NCBI GenBank assembly: GCA_963822075.1
Contig: CAWGGP010000001.1
Span: forward strand, 83,328 to 147,327
Length of the DNA stretch: 64,000 bases
Direction of reading: 5' to 3'
DNA from: Candidatus Aminicenantes bacterium
Lineage (GTDB): Bacteria > Acidobacteriota > Aminicenantia > UBA2199
In this document: piece by piece, positions 19,576 through 29,186 of the stretch
Layout: every line of letters starts with the position of its first letter
How positions within the stretch are numbered: the first letter of the stretch is position 1
The notes under the pieces: model-generated
Database searches by the model: none
What the model was told of the DNA's origin: nothing
Seen by the model: the letters and a program-made list of their open reading frames with translations, nothing else
Translations under genes and position numbers: made by a program

Positions 19576-20535
19576 ATGAAAAAGTCATTTTTCTCAGTAC
19601 GCTGCCTTGTACTATTCGCTTTGCTGGCCTGCCCCGCCTGCTCCATTAAGAAGCTGGCCATGAACCAGGTGGCCAACGCCCTGACCGCCGGCGCCTCCAG
19701 CACGGTGTTCACCGGGGACAACGACCCCGAGCTGGTCGGCGACGCGCTGCCCTTCGCCATCAAGATGTACGAATCGCTGATGAACGCCAACCCGCATCAC
19801 CAGGGGCTGCGCCTGCAGACCGGGAGCTTGTATATCATGTACGCCAACGCCTTCCTGCAGACGCCGGCGACCATGCTTCCCGAGGCCGAGTACAAGAAGC
19901 AGGAATTCACCTACCGGCGGGCAAAAAATCTTTACCTGCGCGGCCGCGACATCATTCTCGCCTGCCTGGAGGACAAATACCCCGGTTTCCGCGACGCGCT
20001 GCAAAAAAGAAATTACGCCCAGGCTCTGGAGTGCACCACGCGCAAGGACGCCCCCCTGCTTTACTGGGCGGGGGCGGGCTGGCTGGGCGGATTCGCCATC
20101 GATCCCTTCGACATGGACCTGGGGATCACCCTGCCCGCCGCCGCGGCGTTGATGGACCGGGTCTACCGTCTCGACCCGGATTACGCCGCCGGGGCGATCC
20201 ACGAATTTTATATCCTGTATTACGGCTCGCTCCCCGAATACATGGGCGGCGACCTGAAGAAGGCCCGCGACCATTACGAGCAAGCCCTGGCCATATCCCG
20301 GGGAAAATCCGCCACCCCCTATCTCTCCCTGGCCACCTCCGTGACCGTCAAGGAGCAGAACCTCGGGGAGTTCAAGAAATTGCTGCGCCTGGCGCTGGCC
20401 ATCGATCCGGAAGCCGTACCGGAAAACCGGCTGGTGAACATCCTGAACCAGCGCAAGGCGCAATGGCTGCTCGAGCACGCCGACGATTATTTTGTGGAAA
20501 GCGAAGAGACCCCTGCGGATAAAGAGGAGAAATGA
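19576..20535 (+). CDS. TRAP transporter TatT-component family lipoprotein (TPR-like)
   Basis: Lipobox FALLAC. The family-typical stretches are LYWAGAGWLGGFAI, LDPDYAAGAIHEFYILYYGSLPEYMGGDLKKARDHYEQAL and NRLVNILNQRKAQWLL. A TATAAT at 19541-19546 and GGAG lie upstream. Confidence 0.75.
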   Translation: MKKSFFSVRCLVLFALLACPACSIKKLAMNQVANALTAGASSTVFTGDNDPELVGDALPFAIKMYESLMNANPHHQGLRLQTGSLYIMYANAFLQTPATMLPEAEYKKQEFTYRRAKNLYLRGRDIILACLEDKYPGFRDALQKRNYAQALECTTRKDAPLLYWAGAGWLGGFAIDPFDMDLGITLPAAAALMDRVYRLDPDYAAGAIHEFYILYYGSLPEYMGGDLKKARDHYEQALAISRGKSATPYLSLATSVTVKEQNLGEFKKLLRLALAIDPEAVPENRLVNILNQRKAQWLLEHADDYFVESEETPADKEEK

Positions 20536-21531
20536 TCATGAAATGGCTAAGGACCTTTGCCGTTCTGCTTTTTATTTCCTTCATCCTGCCGGCGCAGGTG
20601 ATCAAGATCGGCAGCATCGCCCCGGACCGCTCTCCCTGGAACGACGCGCTCAAGGAGATCGCCCGCGAATGGGAAACGATCTCCCAGGGTCAGGTGAAGC
20701 TGAAGATCTATCCCGGCGGCATCGCGGGCAGCGAAGAGGACATGATCCGCAAAATGAAGGTCGGCACGCTCGGCGGGGCGGTGTTGACCAATATCGGGCT
20801 CACCAAGATCTACCCCGATTCGTTCGTCCTCAGCACCCCGTTCATGTTCCATTCCGAGACCGAGATGGCCTACGTGCTGAAGCAGCTCACGCCCACCTTT
20901 GAGAAGCAGATCAAGGAAAAAGGGTTCCAGGTCATCATCTGGACCATGAGCGGCTGGGTCAATTTCTTTTCCAAGTACCCGGTACTCTATCCCCAGGACC
21001 TGAAGAAGCAAAAATTGGCGTTCGCCACCGGCGAGCCGGAAATGGAGCAGGCCTGGAAGAAATCGGGCTACTACATCGTTCCCACCGAATTGAAGGACCT
21101 GATGATGGCCCTGCAAAGCGGCATGGTCGAGGCCTTCTATCTGCCGCCCCTGATCGCCGGCTCGGGGCAGTATTTCCCCCTGGCGCCCCACATGTGCACG
21201 CTCAAGATCGCCCCGCTGGTCGGCGGCATGGTGATCGTCGACCGCGATCTGGGAAAAGATCCCGGAAAACGTCAGGCGGCCCATGATGGAAGTGGTCGAT
21301 CGCGTTTCCGGCAAGCTGGCCAAGCAGACGGCGGACCTGGAAGCCAAGGCCATGGATACCATGAAAAAGAACGGCCTGATCATCCACGAGGCGCCCGCCG
21401 ACAGCCTCGCGAAATGGAAGGAGGCCGCCGACAAGGGGATGGACGAATTGGTGGGCAGGATTTTCAGCAAGGAGATCTTCCAAAAGCTGCAGCAGATCCT
21501 CCTGGAATACAGACAAAAAAATGAACGCTGA
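20532..21531 (+). CDS. TRAP transporter DctP-type substrate-binding protein, with a 1-nt frame disruption at 21235-21247
   Basis: Frame 0 runs from MIMKWLRTF... to ...LVGGMVIVDR. Frame 1 is open from 21235 and continues AIWEKIPENVRRPMMEVVDRVSGKL... to the stop at 21531. ATGA overlap with tatT. Confidence 0.78.
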
Positions 21532-23392
21532 GCGGATGCGCCAGGGCGGCCGGTCGCTCGAGAACCTGCTGGCATTCTTCTCGATCTTTCTCCTGGCGCT
21601 GTTCCCGTTCATGGAAGTGATCGCCCGCAGGTTTTTTCACACCGGCATCCGCGACTCGACCGAGATCACCCATCAGCTGGTGCTGGTGCTGGCATTCATC
21701 GGGGCGGCGATCACCGCCAGGGAAAACCGCCATCTCTCCCTGGCGCTCAACCTGAAGTTCCGGCCTGAGGTCCTGGTCCGGATCCAGGTCGCCAACGCCC
21801 TCATCAACACGACGTTCTGCACGGCTTTCGCCTGGTGTTCCCTGTCGTTCCTCTTGAACGCGTTCGACCCCGCCGAAAAGCTCGTTTTCATCCCCGTACG
21901 CTGGATCGCCCTGGTCATGCCGCTCGGCTATGCGCTGATGGCCTATCGCTTCATGCGCCTGGCTCCGGGCAAGGCGCTGAGCCGGGCCGTCGCGGCGGCG
22001 GGGCTGGCGTTCGGCACCCTGCTGGCCTGGGGAGCGATCGTCAATGCCGCCCAGGTCCTCTTGCCGCGGTGGGGAAACTTTTTCGCTGCGCCGCTGCCGC
22101 TGTATGGCTGGATCGGCGCCCATCTTTCCACGCCGATCATCCTCGTCGTGGTCATCGGCGCAATCACCGGCGTCCCCATATTCATCGTCCTGGGGGGGAT
22201 CGGCTACATGCTTTTCGCCCACAGCGCCCAGCCCCTGGAAGTCATCGCCAACGAGGCGTATTCCCTGCTGACCAGCCATGCTCTCCCCGCCATCCCGCTG
22301 TTCACGTTCACCGGATTCATGCTGTCCGAGAGCAAGGCCGGGGAGAGGATCGTCCGCTTGTTCAAGGCCTTCTTCGGCTGGTTCCCCGGGGGCCAGGCCA
22401 TCATGGCGATCCTGGTCTGCACGTTTTTCACGACCTTCACCGGGGCTTCCGGCGTCACCATCCTGGCCGTCGGCGGGCTGCTCTCATACGTGCTGATCAA
22501 GGGGCAGTACAGCAAAAAATTCAGCACCGGGCTGCTGACCGCCGTGGGCAGCATCGGGCTGCTTTTCCCTCCCAGCCTGCCCGTGATCATCTACGGGGTC
22601 ACGGCCCAGGTCAGCATCAAGGACATGTTCGTCGGCGGGGTCGCGCCCGGCATTCTCATGGTCCTGACCATGGTTTTGTTCGGGGTCATTTTCGCCAAAA
22701 AAAACAATGTGCCCCGCGATCGCTTCGCGCTGCCTGAGGCCCTGGCGGCCATAAAAGGCTCGTTCTGGGAGATCCTGCTGCCCGTGATCATCGTCTGGGG
22801 CTATTTCGGCGGCATCACCACGCTGGTGGAAAGCGGCGCCGTCGCCGTGATCTACGTCATCGTCATCGAGGTCTTCATCCACGGGGATATCCGCTTGCGC
22901 AACCTGCCGCGGGTGCTTCTCAAGTGCATGCCGGTCATCGGCGGCGTGCTGGCGATCCTGGCCCTGGCCAAGGGCCTCTCCTACTACATCGTGGATGCCG
23001 AGATCCCCATGCAGCTGACCGCCTGGGTCGAGGCCACGATCCACTCAAAATATGTTTTCCTGCTGCTCCTGAATATCGCCCTGTTGATCACCGGGTGCTT
23101 CATGGACATCTTTTCGGCGATCATGGTCGTCGTCCCCCTGATCATCCCCCTGGGGAACCTGTTCGGCATCCACCCCGTTCACCTGGGGATCATCTTCCTG
23201 GCCAACATGGAACTGGGATACCTGACGCCGCCGGTGGGGCTGAACCTTTACCTGGCCTCCTACACCTTCAACGAGCCGATCAGGAAGATATACGGGGACG
23301 TGTTCCCGTTCCTGATGATCCAGCTGGTGGCGGTCCTGTTGATCACCTACGTCCCCTTGTTTTCGACCGGGCTTCTGGGCTGGATCAAGTAG
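21521..23392 (+). CDS. TRAP transporter fused small/large (DctQ-DctM) permease
   Basis: 623-aa polytopic protein. An N-terminal 4-helix DctQ-like part is followed by a long DctM-like part. Overlaps the dctP-like stop by 11 nt. Confidence 0.85.
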   Translation: MNAERMRQGGRSLENLLAFFSIFLLALFPFMEVIARRFFHTGIRDSTEITHQLVLVLAFIGAAITARENRHLSLALNLKFRPEVLVRIQVANALINTTFCTAFAWCSLSFLLNAFDPAEKLVFIPVRWIALVMPLGYALMAYRFMRLAPGKALSRAVAAAGLAFGTLLAWGAIVNAAQVLLPRWGNFFAAPLPLYGWIGAHLSTPIILVVVIGAITGVPIFIVLGGIGYMLFAHSAQPLEVIANEAYSLLTSHALPAIPLFTFTGFMLSESKAGERIVRLFKAFFGWFPGGQAIMAILVCTFFTTFTGASGVTILAVGGLLSYVLIKGQYSKKFSTGLLTAVGSIGLLFPPSLPVIIYGVTAQVSIKDMFVGGVAPGILMVLTMVLFGVIFAKKNNVPRDRFALPEALAAIKGSFWEILLPVIIVWGYFGGITTLVESGAVAVIYVIVIEVFIHGDIRLRNLPRVLLKCMPVIGGVLAILALAKGLSYYIVDAEIPMQLTAWVEATIHSKYVFLLLLNIALLITGCFMDIFSAIMVVVPLIIPLGNLFGIHPVHLGIIFLANMELGYLTPPVGLNLYLASYTFNEPIRKIYGDVFPFLMIQLVAVLLITYVPLFSTGLLGWIK

Positions 23393-23424
23393 GACCTGCC
23401 GCCGAAAAAGCCCGGGGAAGAAAA

Positions 23425-24327
23425 TTACTCGAATTCCGGAGAATCCCCGACCAGGATGGAGATGATCTTTTTTTCCGCTTCACCTTGTACGATAAAAATA
23501 CCGGCGACGTCATCCACCTGGACGAACGGCGTCCTTTTCTCGGAATATGCCAGCTTGATGATGGGATAATTGATGCGCATCTGCTCCAGGGAGTTGCCGA
23601 TGCCGATCCCTTTTGCGGTTTTGAAGGCGTTGCTGATGATCGAGATCCCCCAGACCTTGCCGTCTTTTTCATAAACGTAAAGCAACGGTTCATTGCCTTG
23701 GTCCAGGATCTTGTAGACGTCATAATACACGTCGTTGATCAGGACCTTTCTCTTTAAAATGATATAAGACGCGAGCAGCTGGTTCTTCATCCGGTCAACG
23801 GGCATCCCCAACGTGATACGGCCCACGCTTTTTCCCGCGATCAACAGTTCGCCGGCGATGGGCGTTCCCCAGGCAGCGATGGGACGGAGCTGGGCGCGAT
23901 AGATATTCTTGCCGGCCGGAACCGGGGCAGGGGAAAACTCCAGCCCGGCATTGCGTATCTCGGAAAGGAAACCGGGGAAATCGGTTTTTTGCACCGCCTC
24001 GAGCACATGGTTGACGGTTTTGATCAGGGCCTTCTTGGGGGACTCCACCCTGGTCTCTTCGGCGACCACCGTCCCGTTCTCAGATTTTTCCAGGGCGCTC
24101 ACCCTGAACCCGCGGTAGTCTCCCTTCGTGGTGCGGGTGACGGTGGTGCCGCGGACAAGCGACTGGCTGCCCTGCATGATCTGTACCCGGATCCTGAGCG
24201 CGTCGGCCAGGGCGGCAAGTTGCGGGTCGATCTCGGAAGAGATGATCGGGCCGCCGGTCCTGACCGCCAGGGGGGCTTGCCCGGCAAAAGGTTCATCCGT
24301 CAGAAACTGATCCGCGATTTTTTCCAC
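23425..24327 (-). CDS. hypothetical protein (possibly the C-terminal part of one gene with 24293-24751)
   Basis: 300-aa ORF with no motif I recognise. Its frame stays open and protein-like upstream of the GTG at 24327 (SICLPIPKKSEEKQELSNYSAFIAQNKSLR). Confidence 0.6.
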   Translation of the reverse strand: MEKIADQFLTDEPFAGQAPLAVRTGGPIISSEIDPQLAALADALRIRVQIMQGSQSLVRGTTVTRTTKGDYRGFRVSALEKSENGTVVAEETRVESPKKALIKTVNHVLEAVQKTDFPGFLSEIRNAGLEFSPAPVPAGKNIYRAQLRPIAAWGTPIAGELLIAGKSVGRITLGMPVDRMKNQLLASYIILKRKVLINDVYYDVYKILDQGNEPLLYVYEKDGKVWGISIISNAFKTAKGIGIGNSLEQMRINYPIIKLAYSEKRTPFVQVDDVAGIFIVQGEAEKKIISILVGDSPEFE

Positions 24328-24751
24328 CCGCAGGGACTTGTTCTGGGCGATGAACGCGGAATAATTGCTTAATTCCTGCTTTTCTTCGCTTTTTTTGGGG
24401 ATGGGCAGGCAAATTGATCAAGCTCTGTTTTTGCTCCCTCCGGGTCGCTAAAATGACAAGCACGACGGCCAGCAACAAGCCGATGGGGAGGATCACCCAG
24501 ATATGGTTCGGCTTGAGCGGATGCGGGGCCGGTTCGGGAGGCGCCGCGGCCGGCTTGGTTTCAACCTCGGGGGGCATGGTGGCCGCGTCCCCCTCCCTGC
24601 CGGAGACGGGACCCGGCACCCTGGGCGTTTCGGCCGGAGGGAAAAGCTGCGTTTGATCGGGGACAGCCGGCGGCATCCCCGCAGGCGGAGCGGGATCCCG
24701 GGGAGCCGGTGGGACGTTGTTTGCCGATGGTTTTGTTTCAGCCATGCTCAT
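24293..24751 (-). CDS. proline-rich, single-pass membrane protein (possibly the N-terminal part of one gene with 23425-24327)
   Basis: MSMAETKPSANNVPPAPRDPAPPAGMPP... is followed by the TM helix IWVILPIGLLLAVVLVILA. After the A7 run (T7 at 24390-24396 on the plus strand) the translation becomes Arg-rich. Confidence 0.55.
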   Translation of the reverse strand: MSMAETKPSANNVPPAPRDPAPPAGMPPAVPDQTQLFPPAETPRVPGPVSGREGDAATMPPEVETKPAAAPPEPAPHPLKPNHIWVILPIGLLLAVVLVILATRREQKQSLINLPAHPQKKRRKAGIKQLFRVHRPEQVPAGGKNRGSVSDG

Positions 24752-24761
24752 CTCCGGGATT

Positions 24762-24790
24762 AAAATAAGCCAGGCGGATGTTTTTGTCAA
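24762..24790 (-). promoter_or_regulatory. candidate sigma70-type promoter
   Basis: Minus strand reads TTGACA-17 nt-TATTTT, then AATCCCGGAG and ATG (24751), with a second ATG at 24745. Confidence 0.5.
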
Positions 24791-24880
24791 ATTTCGGGCA
24801 GCCTTTGTCTCGGGCCGGATCCCGGAAGCGAAATCAAGCCAATGGCCAGGCCCCGGGAATATTCCTTTGGCGGCGGAAAA

Positions 24881-25804
24881 TCAATCCATGGAAGCCAGGT
24901 ATTCTTCGCAACCGAGCGAAGCCTGAACGCCCATGCCCACGGAAATGGCCACTTGCCGGCGGTTGCCCTTGATGACCTCTCCGGCCACGAACAGGCCCTT
25001 GGCGGCGGTGCGCAAGGAAATATCGGTCTCGACATAGCCGTTGTCGTCCAGTTTGACGATGTCCTTGAGCAATCCGGTATTGGGGGTCGTGCCGATGGCC
25101 AGGAAGGCGCCGTCAAAAGCCACGGTCTCGACGGCCTGCGATTTTTTATTGCGTATCTCCAGCGCTTCAAGCCTCTGTTCGCCCTTGAAGCCGAGGACCT
25201 CGGCATCCCAGATGACCTTGATCTTGTCATTCCTGAAAACCCTGTCCTGAAGGATCTTTTCGGCCCGGAACTGGTCACGGCGATGGATCAGGTATACCAG
25301 GGAAGCGAACTTCGACAAATGGAGCGCTTCGGAGAGAGCGGTGTCGCCGCCGCCGAGAACGGCCACTTTTTTTTCGACGAAAAACGGGGCATCGCAGGTT
25401 GCGCAAACCGACACGCCGCGCCCCAGCAATTCCCTCTCGCCCTTCACCCCCAGGAAACGGCTCACCGAGCCGGCGGCGTAGATGATCGCCTTGGCCTGGT
25501 AGGTGTTCTGGTAAACGGCGACCTTCCAGGCATCCCCTTCCCGATGCAGCGCCGAGACCTCATCATTCTCCAGGGTCACCCCGTAGCGCTCGCATTGCCT
25601 GGACATCTGATCCATCAGGTCGGCGGGAATGATCGGCTCGGCGAAACCCGGGTAATTTTCAATGATATCGGCGTTGACGATCTGGCCGCCAAAGACTTTT
25701 TTCTCCAACACCAGCGTCTTTCTCAATGCCCTGCCGCAATAGATCGCGGCCGCCAGGCCGGCCGGCCCGCCGCCGATGATGATCACGTCCCAGTTTTTTT
25801 CCAT
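24881..25804 (-). CDS. trxB: thioredoxin-disulfide reductase
   Basis: IIGGGPAGLAAAIY FAD motif, redox-active CATC (VCATCDAPFF) and the VLGGGDTALSEA NADPH motif. 307 aa. Confidence 0.9.
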   Translation of the reverse strand: MEKNWDVIIIGGGPAGLAAAIYCGRALRKTLVLEKKVFGGQIVNADIIENYPGFAEPIIPADLMDQMSRQCERYGVTLENDEVSALHREGDAWKVAVYQNTYQAKAIIYAAGSVSRFLGVKGERELLGRGVSVCATCDAPFFVEKKVAVLGGGDTALSEALHLSKFASLVYLIHRRDQFRAEKILQDRVFRNDKIKVIWDAEVLGFKGEQRLEALEIRNKKSQAVETVAFDGAFLAIGTTPNTGLLKDIVKLDDNGYVETDISLRTAAKGLFVAGEVIKGNRRQVAISVGMGVQASLGCEEYLASMD

Positions 25805-26124
25805 CAGCTGACCTCGCTCAACGTTTTTTCGATCTGGTTGGGATTGACGGCCCCGACGATCTGCGTCTTGACCAGCCCGTCCTTGATGAACAGCAAGGTG
25901 GGCAGGGTGCGGACAAAAAAGCGGGAAGAGGTTTTCGGGCTTTCGTTGACATTGACCTTCAGGACCTGAACGCTTTCCGGATGGCTGGCCGCGAATTTTT
26001 CCAGGCCCGGCTCCATCAGCCGGCAGGGCATGCAGGTCGGCGCCCAGAAATCGACGATGATCATGCGGTTCGCTTTTATGAAGCTTTCAAAATTCAGGTC
26101 GTTGGCAGAGATGATTTCAGCCAT
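25804..26124 (-). CDS. trxA: thioredoxin-fold protein with atypical TCMPC active site
   Basis: 106 aa. VDFWAPTCMPCR aligns with the canonical DFWAPWCGPC. The stop overlaps the trxB start (TGATG), and the start overlaps the glgA stop by 8 nt. Confidence 0.8.
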   Translation of the reverse strand: MAEIISANDLNFESFIKANRMIIVDFWAPTCMPCRLMEPGLEKFAASHPESVQVLKVNVNESPKTSSRFFVRTLPTLLFIKDGLVKTQIVGAVNPNQIEKTLSEVS

Positions 26125-27571
26125 GCGCGGTGTCCTCCACTAAAATTTTCTTGTATAGATCAATATATTCCGGGGCTGTACGCTCCCAGGAAAAATCCAT
26201 TCCCATGCCGTTTTCCTGGATGACCCGCCAAAGCCTCTCGTCGGCATGGAATTGCAGCGCTTTTCTCATCGCCGCCATGGCCTCTTCCACGCCCGGGCCC
26301 TTGAATTTGAAGCCCGTCCCCTGGCGGGTCGCGGGATCGAATTCCCGCACCGAATCATCCAGGCCACCAGTGGCCCTCACGACCGGGACCGTGCCGTATT
26401 TCATGGCGTAGATCTGGTTCAGGCCGCAGGGTTCGTAAACGGAAGGCATGAACAGGATGTCGCCGGCGGCCTGCATTTGGTGGGCCTTGCTTTCGTCGAA
26501 ATAATTCAAGAACGTCATGGAATCATGAAACCGGTCGGCTACGCCGTTCAGCCTTTCCGTCAGCGCCTTGTCGCCGACGCCCAGAAAGATAAAATAAATT
26601 TTCTCCTCAAGCAAAACCGGCAACAGCTCCAGCAGCAGCTCCACGCCCTTCTGCTCGGAGATCCTTGAGATCATGACCAGCAAAGGCGATCGGCCGTCGC
26701 CGGCGATTCCAAGTTCCGCGAAAAGTTTCTGCTTGTTCTTTCTCTTTTTCGCCAGCGTTCCCTGGGCATAGCGAAAGCCGATGAAAGGGTCGAGGGCCGG
26801 GTTCCACACGGAATAGTCGACGCCGTTCAATATTCCGCTCAACTTGAAAGAAAATTTATTCAGCAGGCCGTCCAGGCCGAACCCTTTTTCCGCATGGACG
26901 ATCTCCCGGGCATAGCCGGGGCTGACGGTGACCACATGGTCGGAAAAAATGATCCCGGCTTTCAGGCAGTTCAGATTCCCGTAAAATTCTAGGTATTCCG
27001 GAGAAAAAAGATAGTCGGGGAGGCCCGTCTGCTTAAAAAATTCGGCGGCGAAAATCCCCTGGTACCCCAGGTTGTGGATGGAAAAAACGGTCTTCGTCCT
27101 GGAAAACGACGAGGAGCGCGATGCCAATTTCACGTACAGCGGGACCAGCGCCGTCTGCCAGTCATTGCAGTGGATGAGGTCAAAATGCAGCCCGTGTTCG
27201 CCGACGAAAGCCATTGCGGCTTTCTGGAAGAACAAGAACCTTAGGAAATTGTCGGCATAATCCCCGGCGGCGTCGCCATATAGAAACTCCCGGCCGAAAA
27301 ACCGCTCGTTGGCAATAAAATACAGCGAAAATTTTTTGGAAATCTCCGCCTTTTTTATTACCGCCGGATAGATCTCGGTCCCGATCCGCAAGGCAAATTC
27401 AGCGATCGGCGCCGGTTGGAGCCTGGCGATGCTTTCGGTCATATAATCGGGCAACATCAGCGAAACATCTTCGCTTTTGGCCAGGACCTTGGGCAATACC
27501 CCCGAAACATCGCCTAAACCGCCCGTTTTGGCAAATGGCACCGCTTCGGAAGTTAAGAAAAGAATGTTCAA
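26117..27571 (-). CDS. glgA: glycogen synthase (ADP-glucose type)
   Basis: N-terminal SEAVPFAKTGGLGDV (KTGGL motif). 484 aa GT5-type sequence. TTG start preceded by GGGGA. Confidence 0.9.
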   Translation of the reverse strand: MNILFLTSEAVPFAKTGGLGDVSGVLPKVLAKSEDVSLMLPDYMTESIARLQPAPIAEFALRIGTEIYPAVIKKAEISKKFSLYFIANERFFGREFLYGDAAGDYADNFLRFLFFQKAAMAFVGEHGLHFDLIHCNDWQTALVPLYVKLASRSSSFSRTKTVFSIHNLGYQGIFAAEFFKQTGLPDYLFSPEYLEFYGNLNCLKAGIIFSDHVVTVSPGYAREIVHAEKGFGLDGLLNKFSFKLSGILNGVDYSVWNPALDPFIGFRYAQGTLAKKRKNKQKLFAELGIAGDGRSPLLVMISRISEQKGVELLLELLPVLLEEKIYFIFLGVGDKALTERLNGVADRFHDSMTFLNYFDESKAHQMQAAGDILFMPSVYEPCGLNQIYAMKYGTVPVVRATGGLDDSVREFDPATRQGTGFKFKGPGVEEAMAAMRKALQFHADERLWRVIQENGMGMDFSWERTAPEYIDLYKKILVEDTAHG

Positions 27572-27609
27572 CTATTTCCCCTTTTCTCTGGGCATGGACA
27601 ACGATGCTA

Positions 27610-27637
27610 ATATTACCTGATTAACGCTAAATGTCAA
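27610..27637 (-). promoter_or_regulatory. candidate promoter of glgA-trxA-trxB
   Basis: Minus strand reads TTGACA-16 nt-TAATAT, about 38 nt upstream of the glgA TTG start. Confidence 0.5.
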
Positions 27638-27678
27638 CAAAAAAAAAATCAAAACACAAAATATGGGGGGGGCAGGAG

Positions 27679-29109
27679 TTATTTCTTTTTTTGAAAAAGC
27701 GAAAACCTGGAGTGTTTCTTATCGCTCCCTGTCATCTCGGCCAGTCTTTTTTTGGCCAATTCATGTTCAGGGTCGATCGACAGGGCTTTCCGGTAAAAAT
27801 TCTCGGCGCGTTTATCCAATTTTTCAGACTGGAACAGCATGCCAAGCGCCGCATAGGGCTCCGCGTTCCATGGCTCCAGTTCAATGACCTTTTGAAAGTT
27901 TTTTTCGGCGGCACGGCGCAAATTCGGTATATTGGACTGGCTCAAACCAAGCAAAATGAAATAAGCCGCCTTGCTGGGATCGTTCCTGACCGTTTCTTCC
28001 AAGAGGCTGGCGGCTTCCCTGAATCGCTGCTGGGAATAAAGGGTTTTGGCCTTACGGTAATATAAATTCGCTTTTTCTATCAAATTTTCGCCGGATTTTT
28101 CTTTGCTTTGGATCTCCTTGTAGCCTTTCATGTCATATTCGCGCCTTTTCCCCTCATTGCTCAAAACTTCGAAAGCCTTGTTGATCCTGGCAAAGACAAA
28201 ATTGGCTTTTTCCCTCAATTCTGAGGTCGGGGCTTCGCCGAGGCGGTCCGGGTGGAATTTTTTCGCGTATTGATAATAAACATCTTTTATTTCATTGGCC
28301 GTGACACTGTTCGTCAAGTTGAACAATTCATAATAATCCATGTCCTGGGCTTTCAGCCTGTCATAGAGGGCGACCAGTTCGCCCAGGTTTTTGTTCAGTT
28401 CCTTGTCCACGGCCGGTTCGATGAATTCCAGGGCATTCAAAAGAAAAAAGAGGGCCAGCTTCTGCCAGAAAAGCTCATCGGCCATGCCGATTTCGGACGC
28501 GATTTTTTCAACCGGTTCCCGGGAATGGGCCATCAGCTTTTTATATAGTTCGATATCTTCGCTTTTGAGGGAACTGCTTATTTCGCTGGAAAGGGACTTG
28601 GTCTGCAGGGAGCGCCTTAAAAAATTATTTTTGAACAAGGGCAGGCTTTTAAAGCGCGGCACCCCCTCGATGAAGATCCCGGGCAATTCGATCTTGAAGC
28701 GCGAGTCGTCGGCGATATCCGGGAGGACCGAAGAAAATTCCCATTCGCCGCTGGTCAGCGAAAAAGTGGACAGGGCGATCACCCGTACCTGGTACATCAG
28801 GCCGAAAAACAGATCCTTCTGGTTGATGAAATTATTGTCGACAAGGATCTTGCCGAGCTTGTTCTTCTGGCCCGTGATCAGCTTGTGGATGTCCCAGAAC
28901 TGGGTTTGGTCGATCTTGCCGATCTTGAACAGCACCTCGCCCAATCGTTCATGCAGGACATTGGTCTTGGCGAAGCACAGGTTCCCTTCGCTGAAATAGA
29001 GGTTTTTTTCATAATTTTCGCCCTTGATCGTCAATTCACCGGTAATTTTTTCCAGGAATACTTTTCGCAATACAAAGGGGACGGGCGATTCAATGACTCT
29101 TTTTCCCAT
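27679..29109 (-). CDS. J-domain protein with DUF4388/PATAN-like N-terminal domain and C-terminal TPR repeats
   Basis: The J domain DYYELFNL...KKFHPDR contains the HPD motif. The N-terminus ITGELTIKGENYEKNLYFSEGNLCFAKT resembles DUF4388. The C-terminal TPR-like repeats include ...NAEPYAALGMLFQSEKLDKRAENFYRKALSIDP. Confidence 0.75.
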   Translation of the reverse strand: MGKRVIESPVPFVLRKVFLEKITGELTIKGENYEKNLYFSEGNLCFAKTNVLHERLGEVLFKIGKIDQTQFWDIHKLITGQKNKLGKILVDNNFINQKDLFFGLMYQVRVIALSTFSLTSGEWEFSSVLPDIADDSRFKIELPGIFIEGVPRFKSLPLFKNNFLRRSLQTKSLSSEISSSLKSEDIELYKKLMAHSREPVEKIASEIGMADELFWQKLALFFLLNALEFIEPAVDKELNKNLGELVALYDRLKAQDMDYYELFNLTNSVTANEIKDVYYQYAKKFHPDRLGEAPTSELREKANFVFARINKAFEVLSNEGKRREYDMKGYKEIQSKEKSGENLIEKANLYYRKAKTLYSQQRFREAASLLEETVRNDPSKAAYFILLGLSQSNIPNLRRAAEKNFQKVIELEPWNAEPYAALGMLFQSEKLDKRAENFYRKALSIDPEHELAKKRLAEMTGSDKKHSRFSLFQKKK

Positions 29110-29186
29110 TGCTTTCCTATTTCTCTTCTATAACTGTTTCTACAACATTTGTCTTTTTATTGTCAACGCAAGGAACCCAGTTCGCC

